A DNA stretch of 64,000 nt from Squalus acanthias (taxonomy: Eukaryota): contig JASTWF010000034.1 of NCBI GenBank assembly GCA_030390025.1, forward strand, positions 310,001-374,000, read 5' to 3'. A model generated the notes under the pieces. It had not been told where the DNA came from and made no database searches. It saw only the letters and a list, made by a program, of their open reading frames with translations. Position 1 is the first letter of the stretch. Each line of letters opens with the position of its first letter. This document shows, in pieces, positions 48,938 through 62,414 of the stretch. The position numbers and the translations under genes were made by a program.

Positions 48938-51889
48938 TTTCAAATAAAACTGTTGGACTATAACCTGGTGTTGTGCGACCTCTCAATTTTGTCCATCCCA
49001 GTCCAACACCGGCATCTCCGCATCATGACTTCTATGAGATAGCCAGTTACTTATTCAATCGGCCAAATTTCCCTCTATCCCACAACTCCTTACTTTCTTC
49101 ATGAGCCGATCATGGGGAACCTTATCAAACGCCTTACTAAAATCCATGTATACGACATCAACTGCTCTACCTTCATCTACACACTTAGTTACTTCCTCAA
49201 AGAATTCAATCAAATTTGTTAGGCAAGACTTAACCTTCACGAATCCGTGTTGACTATCCCGGATTAAGTTGCATCTTTCCAAATGGTCATAAATCCTATC
49301 CCTCAGGACCTTTTCCATTATCTTGCCAACCACCGAAGTAAGACTAACCGGCCTATAATTACCAGGGTCATTCCTATTTCCTTTCTTGAAGAGAGGAACA
49401 ACATTCGCCGCTCTCCAGTCCTCTGGCACCATCCCCGTGGACCGTGAGGACCCAAAGATCAAAGCCAAAGGCTCTGCAATCTCCTCCCTTGCCTCCCAAA
49501 GAATCCTAGGATATATCCCATCTGGTCCAGGGGACTTATCGACCCTCAGGTTCTTCAAAATTGCTAAAACATCTTCCCTCAGAACATCTACCTCCTCCAG
49601 CCTATCCACCTTTATCACACTCTCATCCTCAAAATCATGGCCCATCTCCTCGGTGAACACTGACGAAAAGTATTCATTCATCACCTCTCCTATCTCTTCT
49701 GACTCCATGCACAAGTTCCCACTGCTGTCCTTGACCGGCCCTACCCTCACCCTGGTCATTCTTTTATTTCTCACATAAGAGTAAAAAGCCTTGGGGTTTT
49801 CCTTGATCCGACCCGCCAAGGACTTCTCATGCCCCCTCCTAGCTCTCCTAAGCTCTTTATTTAGCTCATTCCTTGCTACCTTGTACCCCTCAATCGACCC
49901 AACTGAACCTTGTTTTCTCATCCTTACATACGCTTCCTTTTTCCTCTTGACTGGACATTCAACCTCTTTTGTGAACCATGGTCCTCTCACTCGGCCATTT
50001 CCTCCCTGCCTGACAGGGACATACCTATCAAGGACACGCAGTAATTGCTCCATGAAAAAGCTCCACTTTTCGTTTGTGCCTTTCCCTGATAGTTTCTGTT
50101 CCCATCTTATGCTCCCTAATTCTTGCCTAATCGCATCATAATTACCCCTCCCCCAATTATAAACCCTGCCCTGCCGTATGGCCCTATCCCTCTCCATTGC
50201 AATAGTGAAAGTCACCGAATTGTGGTCACTATCTCCAAAGTGCTCTCCCACATACAAATCAAACACTTGGCCCGGTTCATTATCCAGTACCAAATCCAAC
50301 GTGGCATCACCTCTTGTCGGCCGATCCACATATTGTGTCAGGAAACCCTCCTGCACACACTGTGCAAAAACTATCCCATCCGAACTGTTTGACCGAAAAA
50401 GGTTCCAATCAATATTTGGAAAGTTGAAGTCACCCATGACAACTACTCTGTGACCTCCACACCTATTCATAATCTGCTTTGCAATTTCTTCCTCCACATC
50501 TCTATTACTATTTGGGGGCCTGTAGAAAACTCCTAACAACGTGACCGCTCCTTTCCTATTTATAACCTCAGCCCATATTACCTCAGACGGCAGATCCCCC
50601 TCGAACTGCCTTTCTGCCGCTTTTAAACTATCCTTGATTAACAATGCTACTCCTCCACCTTTCTTACCACCTTCCCTACTCTTACTGAAACATCTATACC
50701 CCGGAACTTCCAACAACCATTCCTGTCCCTGTTCTAACCATGTCTCCGTAATGGCCACCACATCGTAGTCCCAAATACCAATCCACGCTCCAAGTTCTCC
50801 TACCTTATTCCGGATGCTCCTTGCATTGAAGTAGACACACTTCAAGCCACATTCCTGACTGCCGGTACATTCCTGCGACCTTGATACCCTCCTCAGTACC
50901 TCCCTACACTCACCACTGGCTCCTGGATGGGCGAACGGGACTTGGTATGAGTTAGGACACGGGCAGCCGAGTTTTGGATGGCCTCAAGTTTACATAGGGT
51001 GGAATGTGGGAGGCCAGCCAGGAGTGCGTTGGAATAGTCAAGTCTAGAAGTAACAAAGGCATGGATGAGGGTTTCAGCAGCGGATGAGATGAGGCAAGGG
51101 CGGAGACAGGCGATGTTACGGAGGTGGAAGTAGGCGGCCTTTGTTATGCTGCGGATATGTGGTCGGAGGCTCATTTCAGGGTCAAATATGACACCAATGT
51201 TGTGAACAGTGTGGTTCAGCCTCAGACAGATGTTAGGGAGAGGGATTGAGACTGTGGCTAGGGAATGGTGTTGGCGGCAGGGTCCGAAAACAATGGCTTC
51301 GGTCTTCCCAATATTTACTTGGAGAAACTGTTGCTCATGTCGGTCAAGCAGTCTGACAATTTAGACACCGTGGAGGGGTCGAGAGAAGAGGTAGTGAGGT
51401 GGAGCTAGGTGTCGTCAGCGTACATGTGGAAACTGACTGTGTTTCTGGATGATGTCACCAAAGCGCAACATGTAGAAGGGAAATAGGAGGGGGGCAAGGA
51501 GAGATCCTTGGGGAACACCAGAGGTAACGATGTGGGAGCGGGAAGAGAGGCTAACTGATATTCTGATCCTCTCTGCACAGTATGATCCCAGCCACAGACG
51601 CATCACTCACTGCAGAGAGAGAGAGAGAGAGAGAGGCAGTGAGGGAGCAGATACGTAGAGAAGGAAAGTAATACTGGGGTGGTGTTTGACGTTTAGTAGG
51701 TGCTATAGTACAAACCGGGTAATTGTGAATCAGCCACCCATTTTACACCGATGGAAATAAAACTCGGGAGAGATGTAGGGCAGGATCCCGGTTCATTCCC
51801 GGAGACGGGGCTGATTGTACACCCTGTGTTCATGCCCAGTGAGACTGCACACCAGGAGCAGAGCCTGGTCAATGCCCTGTGACACCTCG

Positions 51890-52520
51890 AGTGGGAGGGG
51901 CTCCGGCCGCTTTGTGACATCACTCCTGGCTGCTGTGTGATTGGCTCCTGGCTCCTGTATGATGTCACCTGGAGACAGGGCCCCGCCCCTGGTTATGGCC
52001 CATCAGTGGGATGTCAGTGTGGGAGGAGCTGGAGAGACAGCTGACATTGGGAGTCTGTTTAGTTCCAATAAACAGGACAATCGACAGAAAATAACAATTT
52101 AATATTAAAGTAAGTAATTCAAACACACTGATTAATTGCAAAAATAGTCAAATTGAATATATTTATGATCACAAAAATGCTCCCCCTGTATTCTGAGATT
52201 AATATGAATCATTTTTCTATTGACAGTCTCTGGGAGTGAGCAATATCTCAGGAAGGTGGAGAGAGAGAAGTCGAATCATCGCCTCACTGACTGGGACTGG
52301 AGAAATGTCTCTGGCTTCACAGAGCAGATCTGGTGGGATCGAGAACCCCAGTGTCGGAGACGGGATAAAACGGGAAGCTTCAACAATGATTGGAAAGGTG
52401 AGGAACTTTACTGAGAATCCCATCAGTCCAGGATTTTGCTGAGGTGAGAGTCTAACCAGATACTGGGATTTGATCAACATCTGCCATCAGGCTCGGCTTT
52501 TGATGTGGCAAGTTGAGCGG
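51890..52520 (+). other. Promoter/exon module, copy B (possibly bidirectional)
   Basis: TGACATCA 51915, ATTGG 51940, TGATGTCA 51960, GC box ~51980; donor GTAAGT 52110, acceptor ends 52226, donors after 52397 and 52443. Confidence 0.55.
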
Positions 52521-53720
52521 AGCTTAACTCGGAGTTAAACCTTGCCCGTACCTCACCCGGGAGTGTTTGACACTTGCATGTCGAGAGATCTTTATTCTGT
52601 ATTCATCCCATGCTGTACCCGAGCTGGTTGTGCTTCATTGGGTAGTGTCAAGGGAGCTGTACGCTGCACATGCTGTATTAGAGGGAGCTTTGCATGTCAC
52701 GCGCGCTGTACCTGCTCTGCGAGTGTTTGAGTGGACAGTGTAAAGGGAGCTTTACTCTGTATCGATCTGTCTAACCGGTGCTATACCTGCCCTTGGACTG
52801 TTTGATTGGGCATTGTAAAGGGAGCTTTATTCTGTATCTCTCTATCTAACCCGTGCTGTACCTGCTCTGCGAGTGTTTGAGTGGGCAGTGCAGAGGAAGG
52901 TTTAGTCTGTATCTCTCTATCTAAACCGTGCTGTACCTGCCCTTGGACTGTTTGATTGGGCAGTGTAAAGGAAGCTTTATTCTGAATCTAACCCGTGCTA
53001 TACCTGCCCTTGGACTGTTTGAATGGGCAGTGTAAAGGGAGCTTTACTCTGAATCTAACCCGTGCTATACCTGCCCTTGGACTGTTTGATTGGGCAGTGT
53101 AAAGGGAGCTTTACTCTGTATCTCTCTATCTAACCGGTGCTATACCTGCCCTTGGACTATTTGATTGGGCATTGTAAAGGGAGCTTTACCATGTATCTCT
53201 CTATCTAACCCGTGCAATACCTGCCCTTGGACTGTTTGATTAGGCAGTGTAAAGGGAGCTTTACTCTATATCTCTCTCTCTAACCCATACTGTACCTGCC
53301 CTTGGACTGTTTGATTGGACAGTGCAAAGGGAGCTTTACTCTGTATCTCTCTATCTAACCGGTGCTATACCTGCCCTTGGACTATTTGATTGGGCATTGT
53401 AAAGGGAGCTTTACCATGTATCTCTCTATCTAACCCGTGCAATACCTGCCCTTGGACTGTTTGATTAGGCAGTGTAAAGGGAGCTTTACTCTATATCTCT
53501 CTCTCTAACCCATACTGTACCTGCCCTTGGACTGTTTGATTGGACAGTGTAAAGGGAGCTTCACTCTGTATCTCTCTATCTAACCGGTGCTATAACTGCC
53601 CTTGGACTGTTTGATTGGGCAGTGTAAAGGGAGCTTTATTCTGTATCTCTCTATCTAACCGGTGCTATACCTGCCCTTGGACTATTTCATTGGGCAGTGT
53701 AAAGGGAGCTTTACTCTGTG
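52520..53720 (+). repeat. 67/75-bp satellite variant array
   Basis: 67-bp family unit with an 8-bp TCTCTCTA-type insertion in most copies. Confidence 0.88.
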
Positions 53721-53829
53721 TATAACTCATGCTACATGCAGGAAGATTGTGGGAAATGGAATTCAATCCGGAGAAGTGTGAGGTAATGCATTTGGGGAGG
53801 GCTAACAAGTCAACGGATCCTGCACTGAG

Positions 53830-54895
53830 GAACATAGGAAGAGGAGTCGGCCATTCAGCCCCTCGAGCCTGTTGCCCCATTCAATGCAATCATTGACTGA
53901 TCTGCGATCTAACTCCATAAACCCACCTTTGGCCCATATCCCTTCATACCTTTGGTTAACAAAAAGCAATAAATCTCCGATTTAAAATTAACAATTTATC
54001 TAGCATCAATTGACATTTGTGGAAGAGAGTTCCAAATTTCTACCACTTTGTGTGTCGAAGTGTTTCCTAATTTCACTCCTGAAAGGACTGCCTCTAATTC
54101 TTAGACTGTGCCTCCAGTCCTAGTATCCCAACCAATGGAAATAGTTTCTCGCTATCTACTCTATCTGTTCCCTTTAATATCCTGAAAACTTCGCTCAGAT
54201 AACCCCTTAACCTTCTAAATTCTAGGGAATAGTACCCTAATTTGTGTAATCTCTCCTCGTAACTTAACCCTTGAAGTCTGGGTATCATTCTGGTAAACCT
54301 GCGCTGCACTCCCTCCAAGGCCAATATATCCTTCCTAAGGTGTGGTGCCCAGAACTGCTCACAGTGCTCCAGGTGTGGTCTAACCAGGGTTTTGTATAGC
54401 TGCAGAATAACTTCTACCCCTTGTAATATAGTCCTTTAGATATAAAGACCAGCTTTCCATAAGCCTTTTTGATTATTTTCTGTACCTGTCCATGACATTT
54501 TAATGATCTATGTACCTGGACCTCCCAAGTCTCTTTGGACATCCACTCTTTTTAGCTTTTCACCATTTAGAAAGTAACCTGTTCTATCCTTTTAGGGTCC
54601 AAAGTGTTTGACCTCACATTTGCTTACATTGAAATCCATTTGCCATAGTTTTGCCCATTCCCTTAATCTGTCAATATCCCTTTGTAATTTTATGGTTTCA
54701 CCTACACTGCTTACAATGCTGCCTATCTTTGTCTCATCGGCAAATTTGGGTATATGACTTTCTATGACATCACCTAAGTCATTAATAAATATTGTGAATA
54801 GCTGAGGCCCCAAAACACAGCCCTGCCGAACACCAGGAGTCACATCCTGCCAATTTGAGTACCTACCCATTATCCCTACGCTGTATCCTGACGCT
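53830..54895 (-). mobile_element. CR1 RT/3' end
   Basis: ORFs 54592-54870 and 54094-54324; CR1 3' UTR at 53830-53950. Confidence 0.85.
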
Positions 54896-55227
54896 TTATA
54901 AAGGGTTATAAAGGATTATGCTGGGTTATAAATTATTATAAATGAATATAAAGTATTATAATGATATATAAAGGTTGATAATAGAATATAAAGTGTTATG
55001 ATGAATGGTTAAGTAATATAAAAGGTTGTAATGATCGGCAAAGGCTTATAAAGTGTTATAATGATTGACAAAGGATTATAAAGGGATTTGAATGGGGTAC
55101 AAAGTGATGCAAAATATGATAAAGGGACATGACCCTTTATAAATCATTATAATTCTTAATAACACGTTATACACCTTTTGTAAATGATTATTAAGGATTC
55201 TAATGTTATAAAGAGTTATAAGGCTCC

Positions 55228-58200
55228 CACTACACTGTCCCATCAAACAGTCACAGTGCAGGTACAGCATTTGTTAGATACTTAGTAAAGATCCCTCTGC
55301 ACTGTTCCATCAAACACTCGCAGGTTAGGTACAGCATGGGTTAGATATAGAGTAAAGAACACAATACACTGCCCGTTTTTGCACTCCCAGGGCAGGTACA
55401 GCAAGGTTTAGATACAGAGTAAAGAGCCCTCTACACAATCCCATCAAACACTCCCAGGGCAGGTACAGCAAGGTTTAGATACAGAGTAAAGCTCCCTCTA
55501 CACTGTCCCAACACATACTCCCAGGGCAGGTTGAGTACGGGTTAGATACAGAGTAACGCTCTCTCCACATTATGCCATCAAACACTCCCAGGTCATGTGC
55601 AGCACGGGTTACATACAGAGTAAAGCTCTCTCTATACTGTCCCAACAAGCATTCCCAGGCAGCTACAGCACGAGTTAGATGCAGAGCAAAGCTCCCTCTA
55701 CACTGTCCCATCAAACACTCCCAGGGCAGGAACAGTACGGTTTAGATACAGATTGAACATCCCTCTACACTGTCCCATCAAACATTTCCAGGGCAGGTAC
55801 AGCACGGGTTAGATACAGAGTAAAGCCCACGCTACACTGACCCATCAAACACTCACATGTCAGGTACAGTACAAGTAAGATACAGAGTAAATCTGCCTCG
55901 ACACTTTCCCATCAATGACTCCCAGGGCAGATACAGCACGGGTTAGATACCGAGTAAAGCTCCCTCTACACTGTCGTTTCAATACCTGACAGGGCAGGCA
56001 TATCACAGTTTAGCTGCAGATTAAATCTCATTCTAAAGGACCCATCACACACAGCACAGGGTAAGATACCGAATAAAGCTCCCTCTATACTATCCCTTCA
56101 AACACTCCCAGGTCAGGTACAGCACAGGTAAGATACAGAGCAAGGTTGCCTCTACACTGTTGCATCAAACACTCTCAGGCCAGTTACAGCACGGGTTAGA
56201 TGCAGAGTAAAGATCCCTCTACAGAATCCCATCAAACATGCCCAGGGCAGGTACAGCAATGGTTAGATATAGAGTAAAGCTCCCACTGCACTGTCCCATC
56301 AAACACTCGCAGGGCAGTTAGTGCATGGGTTAGGTACAGAGTTAAGCTCCTTGTATACTATCACATCAAACACTCCCAGGCCCGGTACTGCACGGGTAAG
56401 ATGCAGAGTAAAGCTGCCTCTGCACTGCCCTATCAAACACTCCCAGGGCAGGTACAACACGGGTTAGATACTGAGTAAAGACCCCTCTATCCTGTCCCAT
56501 CAAACACTCCCAGGGCAGGTACAACACGGGTTAGATACTGAGTAAAGACCCCTCTATCCTGTCCCATCAAACACTCCCAGGGCAGGTACAGCACGGGTTA
56601 GATACAGAGTAAAGACCCCTCTATCCTGTTCCAACAAACACTCCCAGGCCAGGTACTGCACGGGTTAGATACAGAGTATAGCTCACTTTACATTGTGCCA
56701 TCAAACACACCAAGTGCAGATACAACAATGGTTAGATACAGAGTAAAGCTCCCTCCACACTGTCCCATCAAACACTCCCAGTTTAGGTACAGCACAGGTA
56801 AGATGAAGAGTAAAGCTACCTTGACACTGACCCATCCAACACTCCCAGGGCAGGTACAGCACAGGTTAGATACAGAGTGAAGCTCCCTCTACACTGTCCC
56901 ATCAAACACTCGCTGGGCAGTTAGTGCATGGGTTAGTTACAGAGTAAAGCTCCTTCAACACTGTCCCATCAAACACTCCCAGTTTAGGTACAGCACAGGT
57001 AAGATGAAGAGTAAAGCTACCTTGACACTGTCCCATCAAACACTCCCAGGACAGGTACAGCACAGGTAAGAGGCAGAGTAAAGATCCCTCTGCAGATTCC
57101 CATCACACACTCCCAGGGCAGGTACTGCAATGGTTAGATATAGAATAAAGCTCCCTCTACACTGTCCCATCAAACACTCGCTGGGCAGTTAGTGCATGGT
57201 TTAGTTACACAGTAAAGCTCCCTCAACACTGTCCCATCAAACACTCCCAGTTTAGGTACAGCACAGGTAAGATGAAGAGTAAAGCTACCTTGACACTGTC
57301 CCATCAAACACTCCCAGGACAGGTACAGCACAGAGAAGAGGCAGAGTAAAGATCCCTCTGCAGATTCCCATCATACACTCCCAGGGCAGGTACTGCAATG
57401 GTTAGATATAGAATAAAGCTCCCTCTACACTGTCCCATCAAACACTCGCTGGGCAGTTAGTGCATGGGTTAGTTACAAAGTAAAGCTCCCTCTACACTGT
57501 CCCATCAAACACTCCCAGGGCAGGTACAGCACAGGTAAGATGCAGAGTAAAGCTCCCTCCACACTGCCCCATCAAACACTCCCAGGGCAGGTACAGCACG
57601 GGTTAGATACAGAGAAAAGCTCCCTCTACACTGTCCCATCGAACACTCCCAGGGCAGGTGCAGTACAGGTTAGATACAGAGTAAAGCTCCCTCTACACTG
57701 TCCCATCAAACACTCGCAGGGCAGTTAGTGCACGGGTTAGGTACAGAGTAAAGCTGCCTTTACAAAGACCCATCAAATACTCCCAGGCCAGGTACAGCAC
57801 GGGTTAGATGCAGATTTAAGATACCTCTGCAGAATCCCATCATACAATCCCAGGGTAGGTACAGCACAGGTTAGATACCGAATAAAGCTCTCTCTATACT
57901 ATCCCATCAAACACTGCCAGGTCAGCTACAGCTCAGGTAAGATACAGAGTAAAGTTTCCTCTACACTGTCCCATTAAACTTTCTCAGGCAGGTACAGGCC
58001 GAGTTAGATACCGAATAAAGCTCCCTCTACACTGTCCCATCAAACACTCCCAGGGCAGGTACAGCACGGGTTAGATACTTAGTAAAGACCCCTCTGCACT
58101 GTCCCATCAAACACTCCCAGGGCAAGTACAGCACAGGTTAGATATAGAGTAAAGCTCCCTCTTCACTGTCCCATCTAACACTCGCAAGGCATGTAGTGCA

Positions 58201-58976
58201 TGGGTTCGGTACAGAGTAAAGCTCCCTTTACACTGTCCTATCAAAAAGTGCCAGGGCAGTTACAGAACAGTTTAGATGTAGAATAAAGCTTGCTGTACAC
58301 TGACATCAAACATTTCCAGGGCAGGTACAGCCCGGGTTGGATACAAAGTAAAGCTCCCTTTAAATTGTGCCTTAAAACAGCCCCATGGCAGGTACAGCAC
58401 TTTTTTGAAAGAGTAAAGCTCCCTCATCACTGTCACATTAAATACTCGCAGGGCAGGTAGTGCACGGGTTAGGTACAGATTAAAGCTCCCTCTACAAATA
58501 CCTATCGAACACTCCCAGGGCAGGTACAGCACAGGGATTGATGCAAAGTAAAGCTTCCTCTACAATGTCACTTCAAATATTCCCAGGAAGATACAGCCCG
58601 GGTTAGATACAGAGTAAAGCTCCCTCTACAAAGACCCATCAAACACTCCCAAGGCAGGTACAGCACGGTTTAGATACAGAGTAAAGCTCCATCTACACAT
58701 ACCCATCAAACACTCCCAGGGCAGGTACAGCACGGGTTAGATACAGAGTAAAGCTCCCTCTACAAAGACCCATCAAACACTCCCAGGGCAGGTACAGCAC
58801 GGGTTAGGTACAGAGCAAAGCTCCCTCTACACTGTCCCATCAAACACTCCCAGGGCAGATACAGCACGGGTTAGGTACAGAGTAAAGCTCCCTCTACACT
58901 GTCCCATCAAACACTCCCAGGGCAGATACAGCACGGGTTAGATACAGAGAAAAGCTCCCTCTACCCTGTTCCATCA
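55228..58976 (-). repeat. 67-bp satellite, ~56 units
   Basis: Reverse-complement units; counterpart of 34545-36900. Confidence 0.92.
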
Positions 58977-61900
58977 AATTAGAGAGATGAATGCGTAGCT
59001 CAAAGACTGGTATGGGAGAAATTGGTTTCGATTCCTGGGGCACGAGCACCAGTACTGGGGAAAGTGGGATCTGTACCGTTGGGTTGGTCTTCACCTGAAC
59101 CGTGCTGGGACCAGTGTTCTGGCGAGTCATCTAACTAGGGCGGTAGAGAGGGCTTTCAACTAAATATTGGGGGCCAGGGATCAAATCTGGGAAGATGTGG
59201 TAATTCAAAGTGTAGAAACAAGACAAGAGAGAAAGGTATCAACATGGGAAATGATAAACATACCGTGAGGGGAAGGGATAGAGAGTACAAATCTAAGAGT
59301 AAATCAACAGATAAGGCTAAAGGTTACAAAAATAATAAAAGAACAAAACTAAAGGCTGTGTATCTGAATGCACGAAGCATTCGAAACAAAACAGATGAAC
59401 TGATGGCGCAAATAGAATTAAATAAGTACAATCTGATAGCCATTACAGAGACATGGCTGCAGGATGACAAACATTGGGACCTGAATATTGAAGGGTACAT
59501 GATATTTAGGAAAAAGTGGAGGGGTGGCTCTGTAAATTAATAATGGTATTAGCGCAATAGAGGGATGACTTAAGTTCAGGAAACCAGGATGTAGAAGCGG
59601 TTTGGGTAGAGATGAGAAATGATGAAGGCAAGAAGTCACTTGTGGAAGTGATGTACAGGCCCCCTAACAGTAACCACACGTTATGATGGAGTATCAAGGA
59701 AGAAATAATGGGAGCTTGTCAGAAAGGTACGGCAGTAATAATGGGGGATTTTAATCTACATATAGATGGAAAAATCAGATGGGCAAAGGTAGCATAGATG
59801 AGGAGTTCATAGAATGTTTTTGGGTCAGTTTCTTCGAACAGCACGTTCTGGAGCCAACCAGAGAGCAGGCTATCGTCGACCTGGTATTGTGAAACATGAT
59901 AAGATTAATTAATGACCACATAGTGAAGGTGCCCCTAGGTCGCAACGATCATAATATGATTGAATTTTACATTCAGTTTGAGGGAGAGGAGAGTTGGTCC
60001 AAGACTAGTTTTTTTTTTACTTACATAAGGGCAATTATGAGGGCATGATAGCAGTGCTAGCTAAAGTGAAATGGCAAACTAGAGTAAGCGATAGGTCAAT
60101 AGAGCTGCAGTGGCAGATATTTAATTGGATATTTCAGAATACACAGAATAGATCCATTCCAACGAGAAAGAAAAATTCCAAGGGGAGGACCCACCATCCG
60201 TGGTTAACTAAAAAAGTTAAAGATAGTATCAAACTTAAAGATAAAGCATATAATTGTGCAAAGATGGGTGGCAGGTCAGAAGATTGGACAGAATATAAAC
60301 AAACAGCAAAGAATTACTAAAAGATTAATAAGGAGAGAAAAATGAGAGTACGAGAGAAAGCTAGCTAGAAATATAAAAACAGATAGTAAGAGTTTCTAGA
60401 GATATTCTAAAAAGAAGAGAGTTAACAAAGGGAGCGTTGGTACTATAAAAAGTGAGTCTGGGGAATTAATAATGGAAAATAAGGAGATGGCAGTTGAATT
60501 GAACAGGTATTTTGCATCGGTCTTCACTACAGAGGATACAAGTAACATCCCAGAAACAGCTGTAAATCAGGAAATGGAAGGGAGGGAGGCAGTCAAGAAA
60601 ATTACAATCACCAGGGAAGTAGTACTGAGGAAATTGTTGGAGATGCGGGCTGACAAGTCCCCGGGTCCTGATGGACTTCATCCTAGGGTCTTAAAAGAAG
60701 TAGCTAGTGAGATAGTTGATGCGTTGGTTTTAATTTTCCAAAATTCCATAGATTCGGGGAATGTTCCATTAGATTAGAAAATAGCGATTGTAACTCCTTT
60801 ATTCAAAAAGGGAGGGAGACAGAAAGCAGGAAATTATAGGCCAGTTAGCAAAACACCTGTCTTCGGGAAGATGCTAGAAACTATTATTAAAGACGTTATA
60901 GCAGGGCACTTGTAAAAGTTCAAGGTAATCAGGCAGAGTCAGCATGGTTTTGTGAAAGGGAATTCACGTTTAACCAATTTACTGGAGTTCTTTGAGGAAG
61001 TAACATGTGCTGTGGATAAAGGGGAAGCGGTGGATGTACTGTACTTAGATTTCCAGAAGGCATTTGATAAGGTGTCACATCAAAGGTTATTTCGGAAAAT
61101 AAAACCTCCTGGTGTAGGGGGTAACATATTGGCAAGGATAGAAGATTGGCTAGCTAACCGGAAACAGAGTGCAGGCATAAATGGGTCATTTTCTGCTTAA
61201 CAAATGTAATGTGTAGTGTGCCACAGGGATAATGCTGGGGCCTCAACTTTTACAATTTATATAATTGACTTGGTTGAAGGGACCGAAGATATGGTTGCTA
61301 AATTTGCTGATTACACAAAGATATGATGCGGAGATGCCGGTGTTGCACTGGGGTGGACAAAAATGAGAAGTCGCACAACACCAAGTTATACTCCAACAGT
61401 TTTATTTAAAATTACTTTTAAATTAATTTTAAATAAAACTGTTGGACTATAACCTGGTGTTGTGCGACTTCTCATTTCTGACAAAAATATAGGTAGGAAA
61501 GTAAATTGTGAAGAGGATATATAGAGGCTACAAAGGTATATAAATAGGTTAAGTGAATTGGCAAATATCTGGCAAATAGAGTATAATGTGTGAAAATGTG
61601 CAATTGTGCATTTTGGCAGGAAAAATAAAAAATAAGCATGTTATCTAAATGGTGAGAGATTGCAGTGCTTTGAGATGCAGAGGGTTCTGAGTGTCCCAGT
61701 GCATGAATCGCAAAAGGTTAGTCTGCAGGTACAGCAAGTAATTAGGAAAGCTAATAGCATGTTAACATTTATTGCGAGGGGTATTGAATACAAAAGTAGG
61801 GAGTTTATGCTTCAGTTATACAGGGCATTGGTGAGACCACATCTGGAGTACTGAGTACAGTATTAGTCTCCTTATTTAAGGAAGGTTGTAAATGCGTTGG

Positions 61901-62400
61901 AAGCAGTTCAGAGAAGGTTTACTAGACTAATACCTGGAATGGGCGGGTTGTCTTATGAGGAAAGGTTGGGCAGGCTCGGCTTGTATCCATTGGAGTTTAG
62001 AAGAGTAAGAGGTTACTTGATTGAAACCTATAAGATCCTGAGGGGTCTTGACAGGGTGGATGCGGAGAGGATGTTTCCTCTTGTGGGAGAATCGAGAACT
62101 AGGGGTCACTGTTTAAAAATAATGGAGCGCCCATTTTAGACAGAGATGGGGGGAATATGTTTTTCTCACAGAGGGTCGTGAGTCTTTGGAACTCTCTTCC
62201 TTAGAGGGCGGTGGAAGCAGAGTCTTTGAATATTTTTAAGGCGGACGTAGATAGATTCCTGATAAGCAAGGGGGTGAAAGGTTATCGGAGGTTGGACGGG
62301 AATGTGGAGTAATCAGATCAGCCATGATCTTATTAAATGGCGGAACAGGCTTGAGGGACCGAATGGCCGACTCCAGCTCCTAATTCGTATGTTCGTTATG
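58977..62400 (+). mobile_element. CR1 LINE, inverted duplicate of 31130-34545
   Basis: Near-identical ORF fragments and shared lesions, including the miniature Penelope insertion at 61323-61480. Confidence 0.9.
61323..61480. mobile_element. Miniature fold-back Penelope terminus (duplicate of 32043-32198)
   Basis: Same palindrome at the same CR1 position. Confidence 0.75.
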
Positions 62401-62414
62401 TACCTGCCCCGGGG

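Larger units (their letters stand above)
47731..49028. mobile_element. Penelope-like retroelement, 5'-truncated, fold-back (inverted) structure
   Basis: GIY-YIG C-terminus WYIGET-MQTLRQRMNEHR...GLNRD; arms ~47731-48274 and 48447-48990 inverted; 13-bp TSD CTTCTATGAGATA at 47718-47730 and 49029-49041. Confidence 0.92.
46683..50924 (-). mobile_element. Young CR1 LINE ORF2 (596-aa open EN+RT segment 49055-50845) interrupted by a Penelope insertion
   Basis: YFNARSI, ITETWL, GDFNFPNIDW, GDSDHN, NYRPVSLTS, DFSKAFDKVPH uninterrupted; RT remainder and tail at 46683-47730. Confidence 0.93.
46232..51555 (-). mobile_element. L2-type LINE split by a CR1 (pieces 46232-46682 and 50925-51555)
   Basis: CACAGGGG|GGATGGG junction is contiguous in the related copy at 26943-26957; GVPQGSLLAP, YADDT, SRLDYSNALL. 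Confidence 0.8.

Noticed and set aside
49055..50845. 596-aa ORF as a host gene
   Set aside because: CR1 ORF2 EN-RT, 5'-truncated element, broken by a stop and the Penelope insertion
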